Assembly: GCF_041146345.1 (NCBI RefSeq)
Contig: NW_027191411.1
Span: 1,860,001-1,924,000, forward strand
DNA from: Neodothiora populina
Taxonomy: Eukaryota
Direction of reading: 5' to 3'
Length of the DNA stretch: 64,000 bases
A program made the position numbers and the translations under genes. Positions 26,669-43,547 of the stretch are shown one piece after another (the stretch's first letter is position 1; the number at the start of each line of letters is the position of its first letter). Below the pieces are notes generated by a model that was given only the letters and a program-made list of their open reading frames with translations, was not told the origin of the DNA and ran no database searches.

Positions 26669-29600
26669 TTAGCCTCCTCTTGCAGCGCCCTTGGATCCTC
26701 TTCAACTGAGCTTTACAGTCAATCTACTCTTACTGGAAGTATATGATGCATTGCGAAAGTGAAGAGCAGGAGTATCCGGGTTTGATTTTCTCACGATTCC
26801 CCTTCTTTCTTTTCTATTTCGTGTTTTCACAACAAAATTTGGACTTATGTATGAGACTTGTTTGCGATGCAATTCAGGTTACGGTGGAGCTTCTTGGTTA
26901 TTAGATTCAATTGGCAAAGTACGGTCTTGTTTTCTTCTGCAAGCTTTGCTTTATCTTTTCAGCTGTATACCGTCTGTATCATTTTTTAATTCTTTTGTAA
27001 ATAATTCGGATGCTATAATGTAACTTTCCATTCACAATTCTCGATACCGTGAACGATGTCGATGTCAATCTCGTGTCCTTCGTCGATCCATGTAGCGGAT
27101 AGTACTCATTCTTCCATTTCACGGACGAAACTAAATTCTAGTTCTCCCTTCCAGCAAATACGAGCCTGCAGTGGTACGAACATGGTTTATCCCTGCCCAA
27201 TCTCGCATATGCCCACGTTCTCCATGTTGAATTTTACGCTTGTCTGTCTCCTCCCTTTGCGTCTGCCTCGTGCTGAACAACGGTGTCGAAGCTGTGCCTC
27301 CATCAATTTTGCTTTGACAATCCAATTCCAGATCGATCGTCAATTATCTTGCGCCTATTCGCCAATCTGTCATATTGCATCCTCTCGAGTAGTAAAATGT
27401 AATCAATCATAGGTCTAAATGGCTTGGTTTCATCATGGATCGTAATGATCTGAAGAGACGTGACTCGAAACGGCTATGACGTTTCAATTGTTTCCCTGCA
27501 TCTCTGTCTCAGCTTATCCAAGGCTGAAGTGCATATCGTTTTTGATCAGCTTACTGTCTCATCTCATGGAATGGTACATTGCATCTCTTTGTTAGTGGAG
27601 CTTCAGCACACCACAGGCTCATCGGTGATGAGTATATGCATCCCTTGCATTTCTATTACTTCTTCTGTCGAGAGCTGTTGTCACTCTTCGTTCGTCCTTC
27701 AGGTCATGTAAATTGAATGGTGACATCGTGAGGTATCATACCAAAGGCAAGCACCACATTCTAGGAAGCCCCTCATATCCAGCCATACGGTTACCGGAAC
27801 TCACTATACATCATTCCGCCTTTGGAGGATCTGCATCTTCTGGTGATCAATCTGTCATACTTCATCCTACCTCACCGTTATACACCTTCGACTCAGCTCC
27901 GGAAGTGTATTAAAAGGATGACGTAAATACTGCGAAGCTTGAGAGTGCTTACCTACTGTACATAGCAGCTCGACATGGATCGTGATATCCACGTCACTGC
28001 CTCTCGAGTAATTATGACTTCGATCCACGATGCAGCCTTAACGAAGAGTTGACAAATTTAATCTTTCAGCGCTCAAGACCATCTTATCAGATTTTTTACG
28101 ATGATCCGTTCCAACGATATCCTTCGAATGCTGCGCAGCCATAGTCACAATTCCGTAGTGTTGTTAACGCTTCTGTAATACCTGTGTCGTAGCGCGACCT
28201 CCTATATCTTCCAAGATCAACAGAATCCGTTATAAAAATAGTCATAGACATGAATCTTGTGCCATTCAAACATGATACTGCAGCCTCTATCCTTCTCCAT
28301 ACTGTGATACAATCGGCTCTCTTGTCAGAATAGTGCCTCTGGCCATGGATGTGTGGTATGCAGTACGTGTCTTTGAACGTTTCATGTTTGTCTTGTCTCT
28401 TCCCCACGTCATGTCGTTGAGACTACATCACTCACCACACGACCATTAGGTTTTATGCCAGGGTTTCGGGTCTTATGCAGGTACGTGAAACCCCAACGAC
28501 AGTGGACTCACTCTATGGAAGAGAAAAGAAGGCGGGAATACAGGAAAGGTCTAAGTCAGTTGGCTACTTAGGTACGAACGCTACTGGAAAATACACGTAT
28601 ACATTGCGACTTCTTACTCGACGGCTACAAACGTAGGAAAGTGTGCTAATGCTTTATCCCTCTTTTCTGCTAAAACTCCTTACCAGAGATTTGGGAGCAG
28701 ACTGTCGTAGACACGTTCCGATCCTCTGGATTTGCCTATCTCGGTCATTCTCATACAAAGAATCGAAGATGGGGGCGTTTGCTTTGTTCATTGCAACGTC
28801 ACGGTTTCTCTATTGCATCCTACAACATCACCACCACCAGATGTGATGAATTCTCCACTGTGGCCGATCGTCGTCCTCGTGCTGAGAGGGGGATTTCCAC
28901 CCCACGTACTGACATCTAGATATTGTAATAGACGGTTGAAGTGGCGTTCAGTCAGTGATAGCTCGAGCTACTGGTATGTATGTCTCGATTTGCTAGCCGT
29001 CTAAGACGTGGTCTTCTCGACATGACTTCGTCGGCGACAACGCGGCGTAACTTACCAGTCAGATGGTTTTCGATTTGGTCATTCGGTGCGTAATAGTCAC
29101 ACGTAGTAGTCACCACTCAAGCTGTCTAGGCTAATGCTTCACGCACACTCGGTGATGAGGTAAATTAATGACTTGACAATACAATGTGGACTTTGAAGAG
29201 CGAAAAAGGTACTACCATTCACGGAAAAACGCACCGCTCTCTTGCTATGATCGAAAGAGGGTATCGGTCTTTGGTAAGGTATCCAAGAACTTGTCCGCGT
29301 AGTATGCTTGTCCTCAAAACTACACCGTCTTATGACCTCACCGTAACCTAGTCTAGAGGGTTTATATGGCCAAGCACCAAGTAGACGGGCTGTACCATTG
29401 ATAAGTGACATGAAATCATGTATTAGAACATGTCGCTGAGGGAGACTTGAAGACTATATACACTTTGTCGAGATCTCTGTCATGATCATAATCAAAACCC
29501 AGCAGACCCCGGCCTTCAGAACCAAAGCCCTCTCGAGTCTCCCGATGTGATACCATAGCTTTTCCTTGCTTGTAATCCGTTGCGCTAGTCTCTTCATCTA

Positions 29601-30644
29601 AGCAATTTTCCTATATGGCGAAGCGCACTATCATATTATTACATTTTGATCTACATCTCTCTATTGCACATTTCCTTTCGATCTCTCCCTCCCAATCAAA
29701 CCTATTCATCGAAAGTAGATCCCACTTCTGCACCAAAACGCCAAGTCAGGCGTGCGAGTCTTTTGACACCTGTACACTCGACAAAACAGCGCAATCGCAA
29801 AGAGGAAAGGGTTATATACATTGCCCTACACTATGGTCCTGCAACGGGTCCGTAGTAGTGTGTCAGAAACAAGCATGTTTTATGTACCACAGACTTTCGC
29901 CTCTTTCCCAGGCGAGGATCTCTAAGCATAAGTACCGTGAGGATAAAGGAGGAGCAGAATAAGAAGAAGCATAGGGCAGGACTATGAAAGATTTTGCGGG
30001 GACTCCGATTTGGTACTGTTGTCGCGATATTGCTCCGTGTCATGCATCGCCTGATCAAGCTGCCATTTATGACGATCCGAAGCTGAAATGGGGGATAACA
30101 CTACTAGGCAATCGGAAGAGGCAGAGACGGAGAGCAGGGTAGGGAAGACACTTTTAATTCGAGATATCGAAGTTTCGCGCGTGCTGTATAGCTTACATGA
30201 TAGGCGAAATACTACTCTGTTGGTGGATATCAAACGGAAGAAAGGGTGAAGAATAAGAAAAGAAAAGGCAACAAAAACCGCACTTATAGCCCTATCAATT
30301 AATACGACAAGGATTTATTTGTGCTCGAGAAGAAGCCATAGCGAAACTCGGAACTTTCCCACCCAAGAACAAGAAGAACAGGGAAAACAAGGAGCTCCAA
30401 AAAGTAGTCAAGGAAAAAAAACACTATCGCATGTGCGCACGCGCGTACGCACGCATGCACAACCAGAACGGACTGGTTGATGAAGGGGTGGGAACAAAAA
30501 TCCTCATCTATCTGCTCTCTTTACGTGTGCCTTCGCTTCCTAATGCCCCTTGCTGCGCTAGTGGTAGTGAACTCCGTTTTTTTTTGGTCTCGTTATGCCT
30601 CGTCTTTCTGTCCTCTCCTCTCGGTTGATGATAAATTTACGTGA

Positions 30645-34449
<3,805 letters not shown>

Positions 34450-35300
34450 CTTGTCGGATTTGATTTGATTCTGATATATGCCGAGAACTACTGTAGTGAA
34501 TTATCTATCGGGCTTGAGACGCGTCTTGCCGTGCCATGCACATGCACATGCACAGCGGACGGCCGGGTCGACGTGTTTTTGTTGTTGTTGCTGCTGATAA
34601 TATGTATATACGTGACTGTCTTCCGGGTGGGACAGAGTATATGAGATTGGCAAAGCAGTCGTGATGGCGCCGTAAAGGTAAATATTAGGAAGCCCTGGGA
34701 GTCGGAGGTTAGAACCAAATGGCGGCAAAGACGACAGTAGTGCTTGTTGATGATGACTTGTCCAGGGAAGAGAAAAGGATGTCACGAGAGAAACAAAAAT
34801 CGTCAGAGACGGCGATACTTGTCACGGATCAAGAGTAGAAGACAATATGGAAGGGTGGAGGAATGAGTGAGGGGTGGAATTGGTGGTGAGTCTGAATGGG
34901 TGCGGCGGATTATTGGCAGATGTGATGGGCGGCCGAGGGGTAAATTCGTACCAAGAAAACAACAAGTGACAGCTCAGGGCAGCAGTCAAGTCGAGCCAAA
35001 CAGAACAGTCAGAGAAAGCAGAGAACACGGAAAGCAGAGAGCGGTGGGGTGGGCGCGTGCGTGCGTTTCCTGCCTGACTGCGTTCGTGCGTACTGTACTG
35101 TACACTGCCAGCAAAAGGCGGGCAGGCAAGAATAATGCCACAAGAGAAAGCAGGAGAACCGAAGCCGTGAACAAGAGCTTAGACCAGAAGAGAGTATCGT
35201 CTCCTATACTCCGCGACTGCGCCCCGGTGCTGGTGGTGGCTAGTGCTCCTGTATAACGGGCACAGGGAGATTGTGATGACACAGCCCGCAACTGGGCAGA

Positions 35301-35350
35301 TAGAGAGAGAGAGTTTGGGGACAGAGAGAGAGAGAGAGAGGGGGGGGGGA
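35301..35350. repeat. (GA)n microsatellites and G-run upstream of PKC1
   Basis: gagagagagagag and agagagagagagagagag followed by a G homopolymer. Confidence 0.85.
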
Positions 35351-36639
35351 GACGGATAGACGGAGTGGCGGAGAATGATTAGAGGCCAACGATAGGATGG
35401 GGTGGGTGAGTGGGTTTGGCTTGTTTTGGTCCAAAGACTGCTGCTCTGTTGCTTTGCTTTGCTTCCACTTCCACCAGATATGGGAAAACACGAAAAGAGC
35501 CAGCTAAGGTTCTTGTGAAGTACGGTACACGATACGCACTACTTGCAAGCATTCAACTGTTGCTCGTGCCTTGCCGCCCTTACCCGTGTGCAGAGTACGG
35601 TAGGATGGAGAGAGCGGCGAATAAGGTAGCCTGGAAACACAGCTCGACTGAAGTGGGCTGCTTCGTGTTCGATCGACTGTTTGTTCTCTGATGTCAGAAC
35701 GCAAATATACGCTGTGACGGGCAGGACTAAGGCCAAGGCAAGGGTAAGATAAGGTAAGGTAGGTAAGGTGGGTAATTATTGGTACCTTTAGGGGAAGATG
35801 GAGGCTCGGGAGGGCTTCGCTACTCAGCCACAAGTGGAGTGGAAGGGATCCGAAAGCTTGACTCGAAGCTTTGCCAAATCAAATGCACACTTGCCCATAT
35901 GCACAGATGCACACAAATGCATAGATGCCCCCGTCTAAGTCTGTGCCACGTCGCCGAATAAGACAGCGACTTACCTGAGGCTCATATCATCACAGCTTGC
36001 GAAAAGAACACAGAGTTTCAAGAAGCTTCGGTAGCAGTCTGGTGTCTGGTGACTCTGTGTGTCGGGTGATGTCCCGAGCGCACCGTCAAGAGCAAGATAA
36101 CAGATACCACTTGTACGACCTTACATTGTGATAGGTACATCATGATACCGGTTGCAGGACACCTTATCCACAGATTTATGCTGCAAACTGCTTCACATGT
36201 CTATAGTATGATTGCAGGCAGGTGGGGCGGATGTGAGTACCAATTAACGCAATCACCTACATGACTGTGCGCCCATTCTTCATACCTATCTCGCTTCAGG
36301 TCATCATCTCATCGTTACCATCGAGCTGCATTGTCAGGCTGATGATTAGTATCCTTGTCACTTGAGAAAGAACATGCCTTAGCAAGAATCTTGCAATGGT
36401 AATGTCCAGCGCATTGATCCATCCATCAGTGGTGTCCGCGCTGATCGCGATCCAACCAAAGTTACCCGATCCTATTGGGATTAATGACAGGGACATTCGC
36501 CAAGAAGGACCCTTGTGAGTAATTTCAAAGCCTTCCCCCGTGAATGCCTGCTGTGAACAGCACTTCAGACGGTGTCATGAGCTATTCGGTGATCAGGATG
36601 TGCCAATGCTCTTTCGCTCTAGACATCTGCCTCAGTGCT

Positions 36640-37966
36640 TTAGCACCAGGCGTACTTCTCATTACCAATCCACTCCACCTCCTCAGCTGGATTTTCGTGA
36701 CCTGCTCCGTACCATCTCAAGCTTGAGATACTGTCCTTCTCCCTGTGGACTACATCGACGGTCTCTTCCAACATACGACCTGCCGTTATTGTCAAATGAC
36801 TAGGATTCCTGTTGCTTCACGTCAGTCTCAGCCTTCTACTGTACGAGCTCTTGTTTGTGTGTGAATACCATATGTCTACTTCCCCCATGTTCCATTCGCT
36901 TGCTTGTGCTTGTGCTGCAGCAAGTAGAGCAGCAATTGCTGCGGCAACTTCTTCCTTCTTCGGGCCCGCTATCTTCGCTTCGCTGTCAAGCAACCCTTGG
37001 TCGTCGGATGCAAGTCGAAGAATGTGAAGTGTGTTGCCCTTAGGATCGGCCGGATCCGAATTATACCACATTCTCGTCCAGATGCACCACACTCGTTTGC
37101 CAGAGTCCAATTCGACCACGGCACCCTTGATGTCTGGAGCTTTGCCATAGAGCTCTTTGCCAACAAAACCTTCGCGTGCATGGTGCCATTCGAGCGTGAC
37201 GACATCAGGCAAGATCGCCACCGTGGTCTTCCCGCTGGTAGACTTCTGTGCTACGCATTGACGCATCAATTGCGCATCCAAGGCACAAAGTTCCTCTAGA
37301 TCCGCGATTTTCAAGGCTCGGGTCGAGGGCAAGCCTGTTTTAGAAATGTTCGTCTTGGAGGGATGGAGTGATATGTGTGCAGATGGGAAAGGATGCCTGA
37401 GTTCAGTCAGAAGAATATTTCTGGCAAACGACGCCGGAGACTAACCATCCTCTGGCTTTGTAGAATTGCTTCTCTGATGTCAGCTTCAGTCGAATTGTCG
37501 CCTATAGGAGCTCGTATAGTACCTTGCCAATATCTGACCACAACACGCTGAACGGTGAATCAGACTCTTCGGCCTGCCAGGTTCGCAGCTTCTCGCCGAG
37601 ATCTGTGATCATGCGCCCGGCATATCCTTTGCCACGGTAGTCAGGTGGACAAAATACACTACAGACGCCATGACATACCACTTCTCTGACTTCACCATTC
37701 ACAGCAACAAGCGCTTTCTTGTTGATGGTTTCGCAGCTTGATAGGACTGTACGACCATCACCATGCTCGTGAACAAGGACCCAAGGGGTCAACCCACCGT
37801 CACGAGTCAAGCGCTCTTGAACAAGCATGGCCTCTCTCCTCAGATATGCCTCCAATGGGAGCGCTCCTTTCCATTCATCACTGTTCAAAACTTGCTGCTC
37901 GTGCACCTCCTCTGGAGTTGCTACAACAAGACTAACGCTGGGGTCCTGACGATCTGGGAGAGACAT
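36640..37966 (-). CDS. LYC1-like GNAT lysine acetyltransferase; exons 37966-37523, 37468-37446, 37396-36869, 36808-36640
   Basis: SVFCPPDYRGKGYAGRM (acetyl-CoA motif A), SVLWSDIGK-QFYKARGW and C-terminal SISSLRWY...WIGNEKYAWC, typical of the family. Confidence 0.85.
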
Positions 37967-38933
37967 TCTCAATGATTTGATGAGATTGACGAAGCTTGAA
38001 TTCAACCACTGATGAAGTCAACCTTGCAGTTCAAGGTAGAGGTCTATAAATACTGATCCAGGAAACGTATGCTCGTGCTCCATACCGCTCAAGGTGACGA
38101 GGAAACCCGTGGTTAAGCGAGATGGACTAGAAGGTTGGCATATTTTCCAACCAATGGCCATTTGAATCGCGTAATGGCGCTGCTGAATCATGATCATGAG
38201 GATCCAGGGCGCGGGGTGTCCGTCCACTTTACCTGCCGAGAAAGGCTGGGCGGCAGCTTACATTCAAGTATGGGTAGGAGGTACCCACTTCAAGGGTCCC
38301 TTACCTTACCTAAGGTACCTCACCTTATCCACACATAATTAGCTCGGCGTCATGTGTGGTATGCCGATGTACACCTAAGTCAGTCCATACACTTTTACTT
38401 ATCCACGTTCGTTCATGCAAGACCGCCTGATGTGACACGAGCAACACGCACGAGTGATCACTCGGAGAATAATGTTTGATGAATCGTACAATTTCTTTCA
38501 ATCTACCGCTTCGGGCAAAAAGTGCCTAGGCAGCGCCTGCCAGGCACAGTACTGCAACTCCAGATGCCCCAATATTCAGACTGTTGACTCTAGCTCTGCA
38601 CCTTGACAAGAACAAAGCTATCTTACCACGTAGCCGCCCCCACTCGCAGTGAGAGCATGTTAGCAAAAGATACATGAAATCCGATGAATACACGCTTGAG
38701 GTGCACGCCTGGCGGCATTTGACACTCAGCCTCACCTCTGAACAACACTCTGGTGCTTCGAAGTGCTCATCGTGCAAGACATAGCATACTAGCCAACCGT
38801 GCCCACTATTCCTGCTTTCGTTGAACTTCTAACAGCTCTGCTACTACAAGTTGTCCTCGTTTTGCTTTAGTCATTCGCTAGCGCGAGACATTCCTTGGAC
38901 TTGTTCCACGTATGAATCGATCAAAAGTACAAC

Positions 38934-41651
38934 ATGACTACGGAACAGAGCACAAATCAGGTCATTGATCTCACAGATTCTGTCAACAGTTCACCACCAC
39001 ATACTTCGCATGGCAAAAGGATGTCTACACCAGGCGCCTCTGACGATCCCATAAATATATCAGATTCCGACAGTGACATCATTGAAACTCTCCCCCATGC
39101 AAAACGCAGACGAGGTAATCTTAATAAATCGACTTCAGAGGTAAGGGAGGTACATCGAACCCTTCAGCCTGCTGGCCAGGATGCCAGATTACTAGTGAGC
39201 GCAAAGGAGTATACTGTCGCCGATTTTGATCAGTTCTGGGACAACGAAGAAGTTCTGCCTGGCCACTCCAGCCGTAACAAGAGCCCAATCCTGGACAGCT
39301 ATCTTGGTAATGGCGATGACTACGATACCGAAACCGCTGCTTGGTCAAAAGGCCCAAAGAACGGCCGGTACAAGCATCATCGTAGAGCCGAAGAAAATCA
39401 TCCAAGTACAGATATAGGATTGCTGCCAAAGCCAGACTCGGTCGTGAAAGCCAACACGGTCGAAGAATGCTTGTCTACCGTCCTTGAATTGTTCCCAGAT
39501 ATCTCCCACGATTACGTCTCTAGACTCTTCTGCGAGTTCAACGGCTTCATGCAAGCGGTGTTAGGCAAAATCGTTGATGAACCAGATTATCCCAAAGAAC
39601 GAAGTCAGAACGGTAAAGCGCCGGAAGAACCAACCACCATCGTCGAAGACGGAGATGCCATGTACATGGGTCAAAATAGGCATGTGGTACGTGGTAAGCT
39701 GCGCAAAGCAATGTACGTAAGAACCTCTCCTTTGGCAAAGAGACTTGTCCTATTCTGTATCACATGACACCCGGCCTATGGTTCATACCACAATACTACA
39801 AAACGCGTCTGATTGCACATTCTAGTCTCGAAGCGCTTATCAACGACTTCCCAAATATCCCGGTAACACATATCGAGAAGACCCAGATCGAAAAGATTTA
39901 TCTTTTCCCTGCATACATTGCCCTTGTAGAGATGCAGTGGATGGATAGACTCCCTTATGGCTCTACTAAGCCGAGACAACACCGTACCGCTAGCCTTAAA
40001 GCGCTTGCAGAGCAGCACAAGGATGCAGCAGTCTCTTTGGAGGCTGAGTACGAGGCTGCCAAAAGAGCTCGGTCAAGACTCGAAACTCAACGCGAAAGAA
40101 TGTTGGCCGAGAAACAGGAAGAAGAGTTGAATAGTGTCAGAGCTAAGGCTAGCGGAACTGTTGCGGATTGGTATGTTGGTGTTCCTCAACGCACTTCCTT
40201 CACATGGCTAATGACAGAGCAGTTCCGCTTGCTTCGACAAACTCCCTCTGAATCGAATGATTTGTTGCAGCGGAGAGGACCCCCACTACACATGCTACGA
40301 ATGCGCTAGCAACTATGTCAGTGCTCAGGTCGGTGATTCGAAAGCTGACCTTGCCTGCCCATCTGGGTGTCAGAGTGCATTCACGGAGGTTCAGTTGCGG
40401 TTGCTTCCTGACACCAAGCTCGTGGAGAAGTTGCTCAAGATGCAGCAGGACAAGGATCTCGCTGTGGCTGGGGTCGACGATGTGGTAGAATGCCCCTTTT
40501 GCGACTTCAAGGCTGTCTGCCTGCCTATGGAACATGATTTTGAGTTTCGCTGCCGAAGTAGCGATTGTGGCATAACAAGCTGCCGACGTTGCCAACAGCA
40601 CACGCATATACCTAAAACGTGTGAAGAAGCGGCACAGGAAAGGTCAGAAGACGTGATACTCGAACAAAGGCACAAAATCGAGGAAGCGATGACTCTTGCC
40701 TTGGTCAGAAAGTGCAACAACTGCAAGAAGCCCTTCATCAAGGAGCTGGGTTGCAACAAAATGACATGTACCAGCTGTGGGAACAAGCAACGCTACGTGT
40801 GCTCTGAATCTGTCACGGACTACAACCACTTCCATAAGCCCGGTGGATGTCCACTTCATGACGATGTCGAGGAACGGCATGCGAGGGAGATCCAGAAGGC
40901 CGAAGATGCTGCCAGGGCCGACGCTGTGGTGGAAAATCCATCTATCGACAGCGAACAGCTCAAATTTGAGATTCACGAGAGGGACAGAAAGGCAACGGTT
41001 AAAGCTGCGGACCGCCGGCGCAGGCATTTGGACGAGCTTAGAGGTGAAGCATTGCCACGACACGTGCCCGTAGAAGGCGATATCCGGCATCAGGCCCTGC
41101 TCATGCAAGCGGCGCGATTGCGCGTCGAGCAACAGGCGAGACATAGGAGACAACGTCCGGACGAAGTTGGAGCTGTCCTAGAGGCAGACAGGCCGAATGG
41201 TATCCCTCCATTCAACGCTTTGAACGACGTTGCTGGTCCAGGGATGCTTTTTGCGCAGCGACCTCACGCGATGCACGATGACCTTGCCAGGGTACGTGCT
41301 GGAGGTCGTCAACCTCCTCATCGTGCCGAGACCGAAGCGCTGCAGCCACTCGATAACCTTGCGTGGCGTGATCGAGCAACTCGTCTGTTAGCGGAACGTA
41401 TGACATGGCAGGCTCGAGAAAGTGCAGCGACACATCCAACAACGGGCGGAATATATCGTATGCCTGGCGCGCCCGCCCAGAGGCACTCTCAAGGTGGTAA
41501 TGGCATGCCTGTTATTGGTGCGGCATTGCAAGACGCAGCTATCGATGCCCGAGCTCGTTGGCCGGCTTTGCATGACCCCTTGGAAGCAAGGAGGGCTCTC
41601 ACAGAGGAACTGCGACTGTTTAGTCAAGACGTCGCCAGACGTGGAATATAA
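38934..41651 (+). CDS. RBR (RING-IBR-RING) E3 ubiquitin ligase, RNF216/TRIAD3-like; introns 39713-39825 and 40171-40222
   Basis: CUE-like ELFPDISHDYV. Spliced RING1 CSACFD..CCSGEDPHYTCYEC..CPSGC, IBR CPFC..FRC..SCRRC..HIPKTC, RING2 CNNC..FIKELGCNKMTC. Confidence 0.85.
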
Positions 41652-42083
41652 TATTTTATCAAGGCCATGAGTCTTACGGAAAAGTGGACCGCGCACTTTG
41701 CGAACACGGCCTATCATCTGAAGTATCTCTTGCTATTCATTTCGTAAGAAGTCTCAACAAGAGACGACGACTGAGACACACACACAACATAGATTGCTTT
41801 CTGAGATAAGGGGTCCTCAAGTCTGCTATGGTATGGGCAAGACGGATCGGAATGGAAGAAGATATTGTATTAGAGATATCTCTAGGTAGTTTGCAATAAT
41901 GGACAGGGTCCCCGTCGATCTGAATGTTTTGGATCGATGACGTCGTGAAGACAGAGAATCCCCAGATTCCACTAGGTACGGTATGGAGCTCCATCCACTT
42001 CTAATTATCCATCACCTTCCTTATACCTCAGGTACCTTGTTAACCATTGTATAGCTATCTGCCTCGTCGATATATCATATAAT

Positions 42084-43547
42084 ATGGTTCTACCAGGTGC
42101 AACATCGGACGATGCTGGCGGCGACTCGTTCACGCCTGATCACCGGCCGACTTCAGACATCGACCCGTACGCCTCGTCCTCTTCGTCGTCGTCGTCGTCC
42201 TCCCCTCGCGCCAGCAATGGACAACAGTACAACATCCGCATTGACCAGCTGCCGAAGCCCTTCTTCCTCTTCAATCTCTCGAGCAACGACAATGACCGCG
42301 CCATGTACCGCACCATAGTCGAGAACTGCGCCCATGCCCAGAGCATCCTGCACCGACCCCTCCGTCAAGACGAAGTCGACGCCATCGGATTCCACTTTGC
42401 AAAGTCAATTCGGATAGTGTCGTATGGACTGCCGGCAGGGTTCTTGATGGGGGGCGTCTGGGCGTACCGCGGCATGAAGGACTTCAGTTTCCCCTTCTGG
42501 ACTCCGAAAGAGGGCAGCAAATTCAACCCGGAAGTGTTTGGACCTATCAGAGGAGGGTTGGCAAGAGCAATGTGGCAGGGATTACGCTTCAACATCTACG
42601 GCTTCATTGGAGGAGTAGCCGGCACTTTGTTCTTCAGCACTTACGCCACCACCGTCAACGCCGTCGGCACAGGCACCGATCCCAGACTGCACGACTACAT
42701 CGAGGCATACAGGAAGATGAGCGCAGAGCAGAGAGGCCAGGTCATGCAGAGACCAGTCGGCCAGAGAAACCCAGTAGAGAGCCAAGAGGGACAGATGGAC
42801 AGGCAAGCCATGGGCGCTGCCAGGCGTGTCGGCGCCGAGACAAGCTACTCCAGGAGTGACATCCAGAGAAGAGCAGACGCCTACGGTCGTCAATCCACCA
42901 GCAACAAGTACGGCGACAGTGACGACGACGCGAGTCCGACCGGTGGCGCTTTCACTCAGGATTTCAAGTACTACGAGGAAGGCGGCAGCCCTACCGACTC
43001 AGGCCTTCTGGATGACGCACAGACAGAGCAGAGAGCCAGAGACATGCAACGACCGGATCAACGATCAAGGCGCGCACAAGAGTCGTTCACGAACTATGGC
43101 GACGATGACGCATCCCCGACGGCCGCATCCTCACCATTCACCGACAAGTCTTCTGCGGGACCAGGCGGCAAAGGAAGCACATGGGACCGAATAAGATCCA
43201 ACGCCGCGCACTCCTCTCCCTCATCATCGTCTCCAGCTTCCCGCGCTCAAGCATGGCCCACCGCCGACGAGACCAACAGATCCGGACTTCCCCAGTCGTC
43301 GAGATCTTCGATCCAGCGCGAACAAAACGAAGGCTCCACCTTGGGCGACAGTTTTGCCTTTTCGACTTCCGACGAGGAAAGGCAACTGGCCAAGAGTGAA
43401 GCACAAAAGGACTTTGACGCCCGTGTCGAGAGGGAGAGACACGGCGGAGACTTTACTCAGTCTTCTGGCGGCGTTGCGAGCAGCAGCAGCAGCAGCGGTG
43501 GCAGTGGAAGCAGCGGCCAGAGCGCATGGGAGAGATTGAGAAAGTAG
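42084..43547 (+). CDS. Hypothetical fungal membrane protein (two hydrophobic segments, long low-complexity C-terminus)
   Basis: 487-aa uninterrupted ORF with C/G-ending codon bias. Hydrophobic stretches near YGLPAGFLMGGVWAY and FNIYGFIGGVAGTLFF. Confidence 0.8.
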   Translation: MVLPGATSDDAGGDSFTPDHRPTSDIDPYASSSSSSSSSSPRASNGQQYNIRIDQLPKPFFLFNLSSNDNDRAMYRTIVENCAHAQSILHRPLRQDEVDAIGFHFAKSIRIVSYGLPAGFLMGGVWAYRGMKDFSFPFWTPKEGSKFNPEVFGPIRGGLARAMWQGLRFNIYGFIGGVAGTLFFSTYATTVNAVGTGTDPRLHDYIEAYRKMSAEQRGQVMQRPVGQRNPVESQEGQMDRQAMGAARRVGAETSYSRSDIQRRADAYGRQSTSNKYGDSDDDASPTGGAFTQDFKYYEEGGSPTDSGLLDDAQTEQRARDMQRPDQRSRRAQESFTNYGDDDASPTAASSPFTDKSSAGPGGKGSTWDRIRSNAAHSSPSSSSPASRAQAWPTADETNRSGLPQSSRSSIQREQNEGSTLGDSFAFSTSDEERQLAKSEAQKDFDARVERERHGGDFTQSSGGVASSSSSSGGSGSSGQSAWERLRK

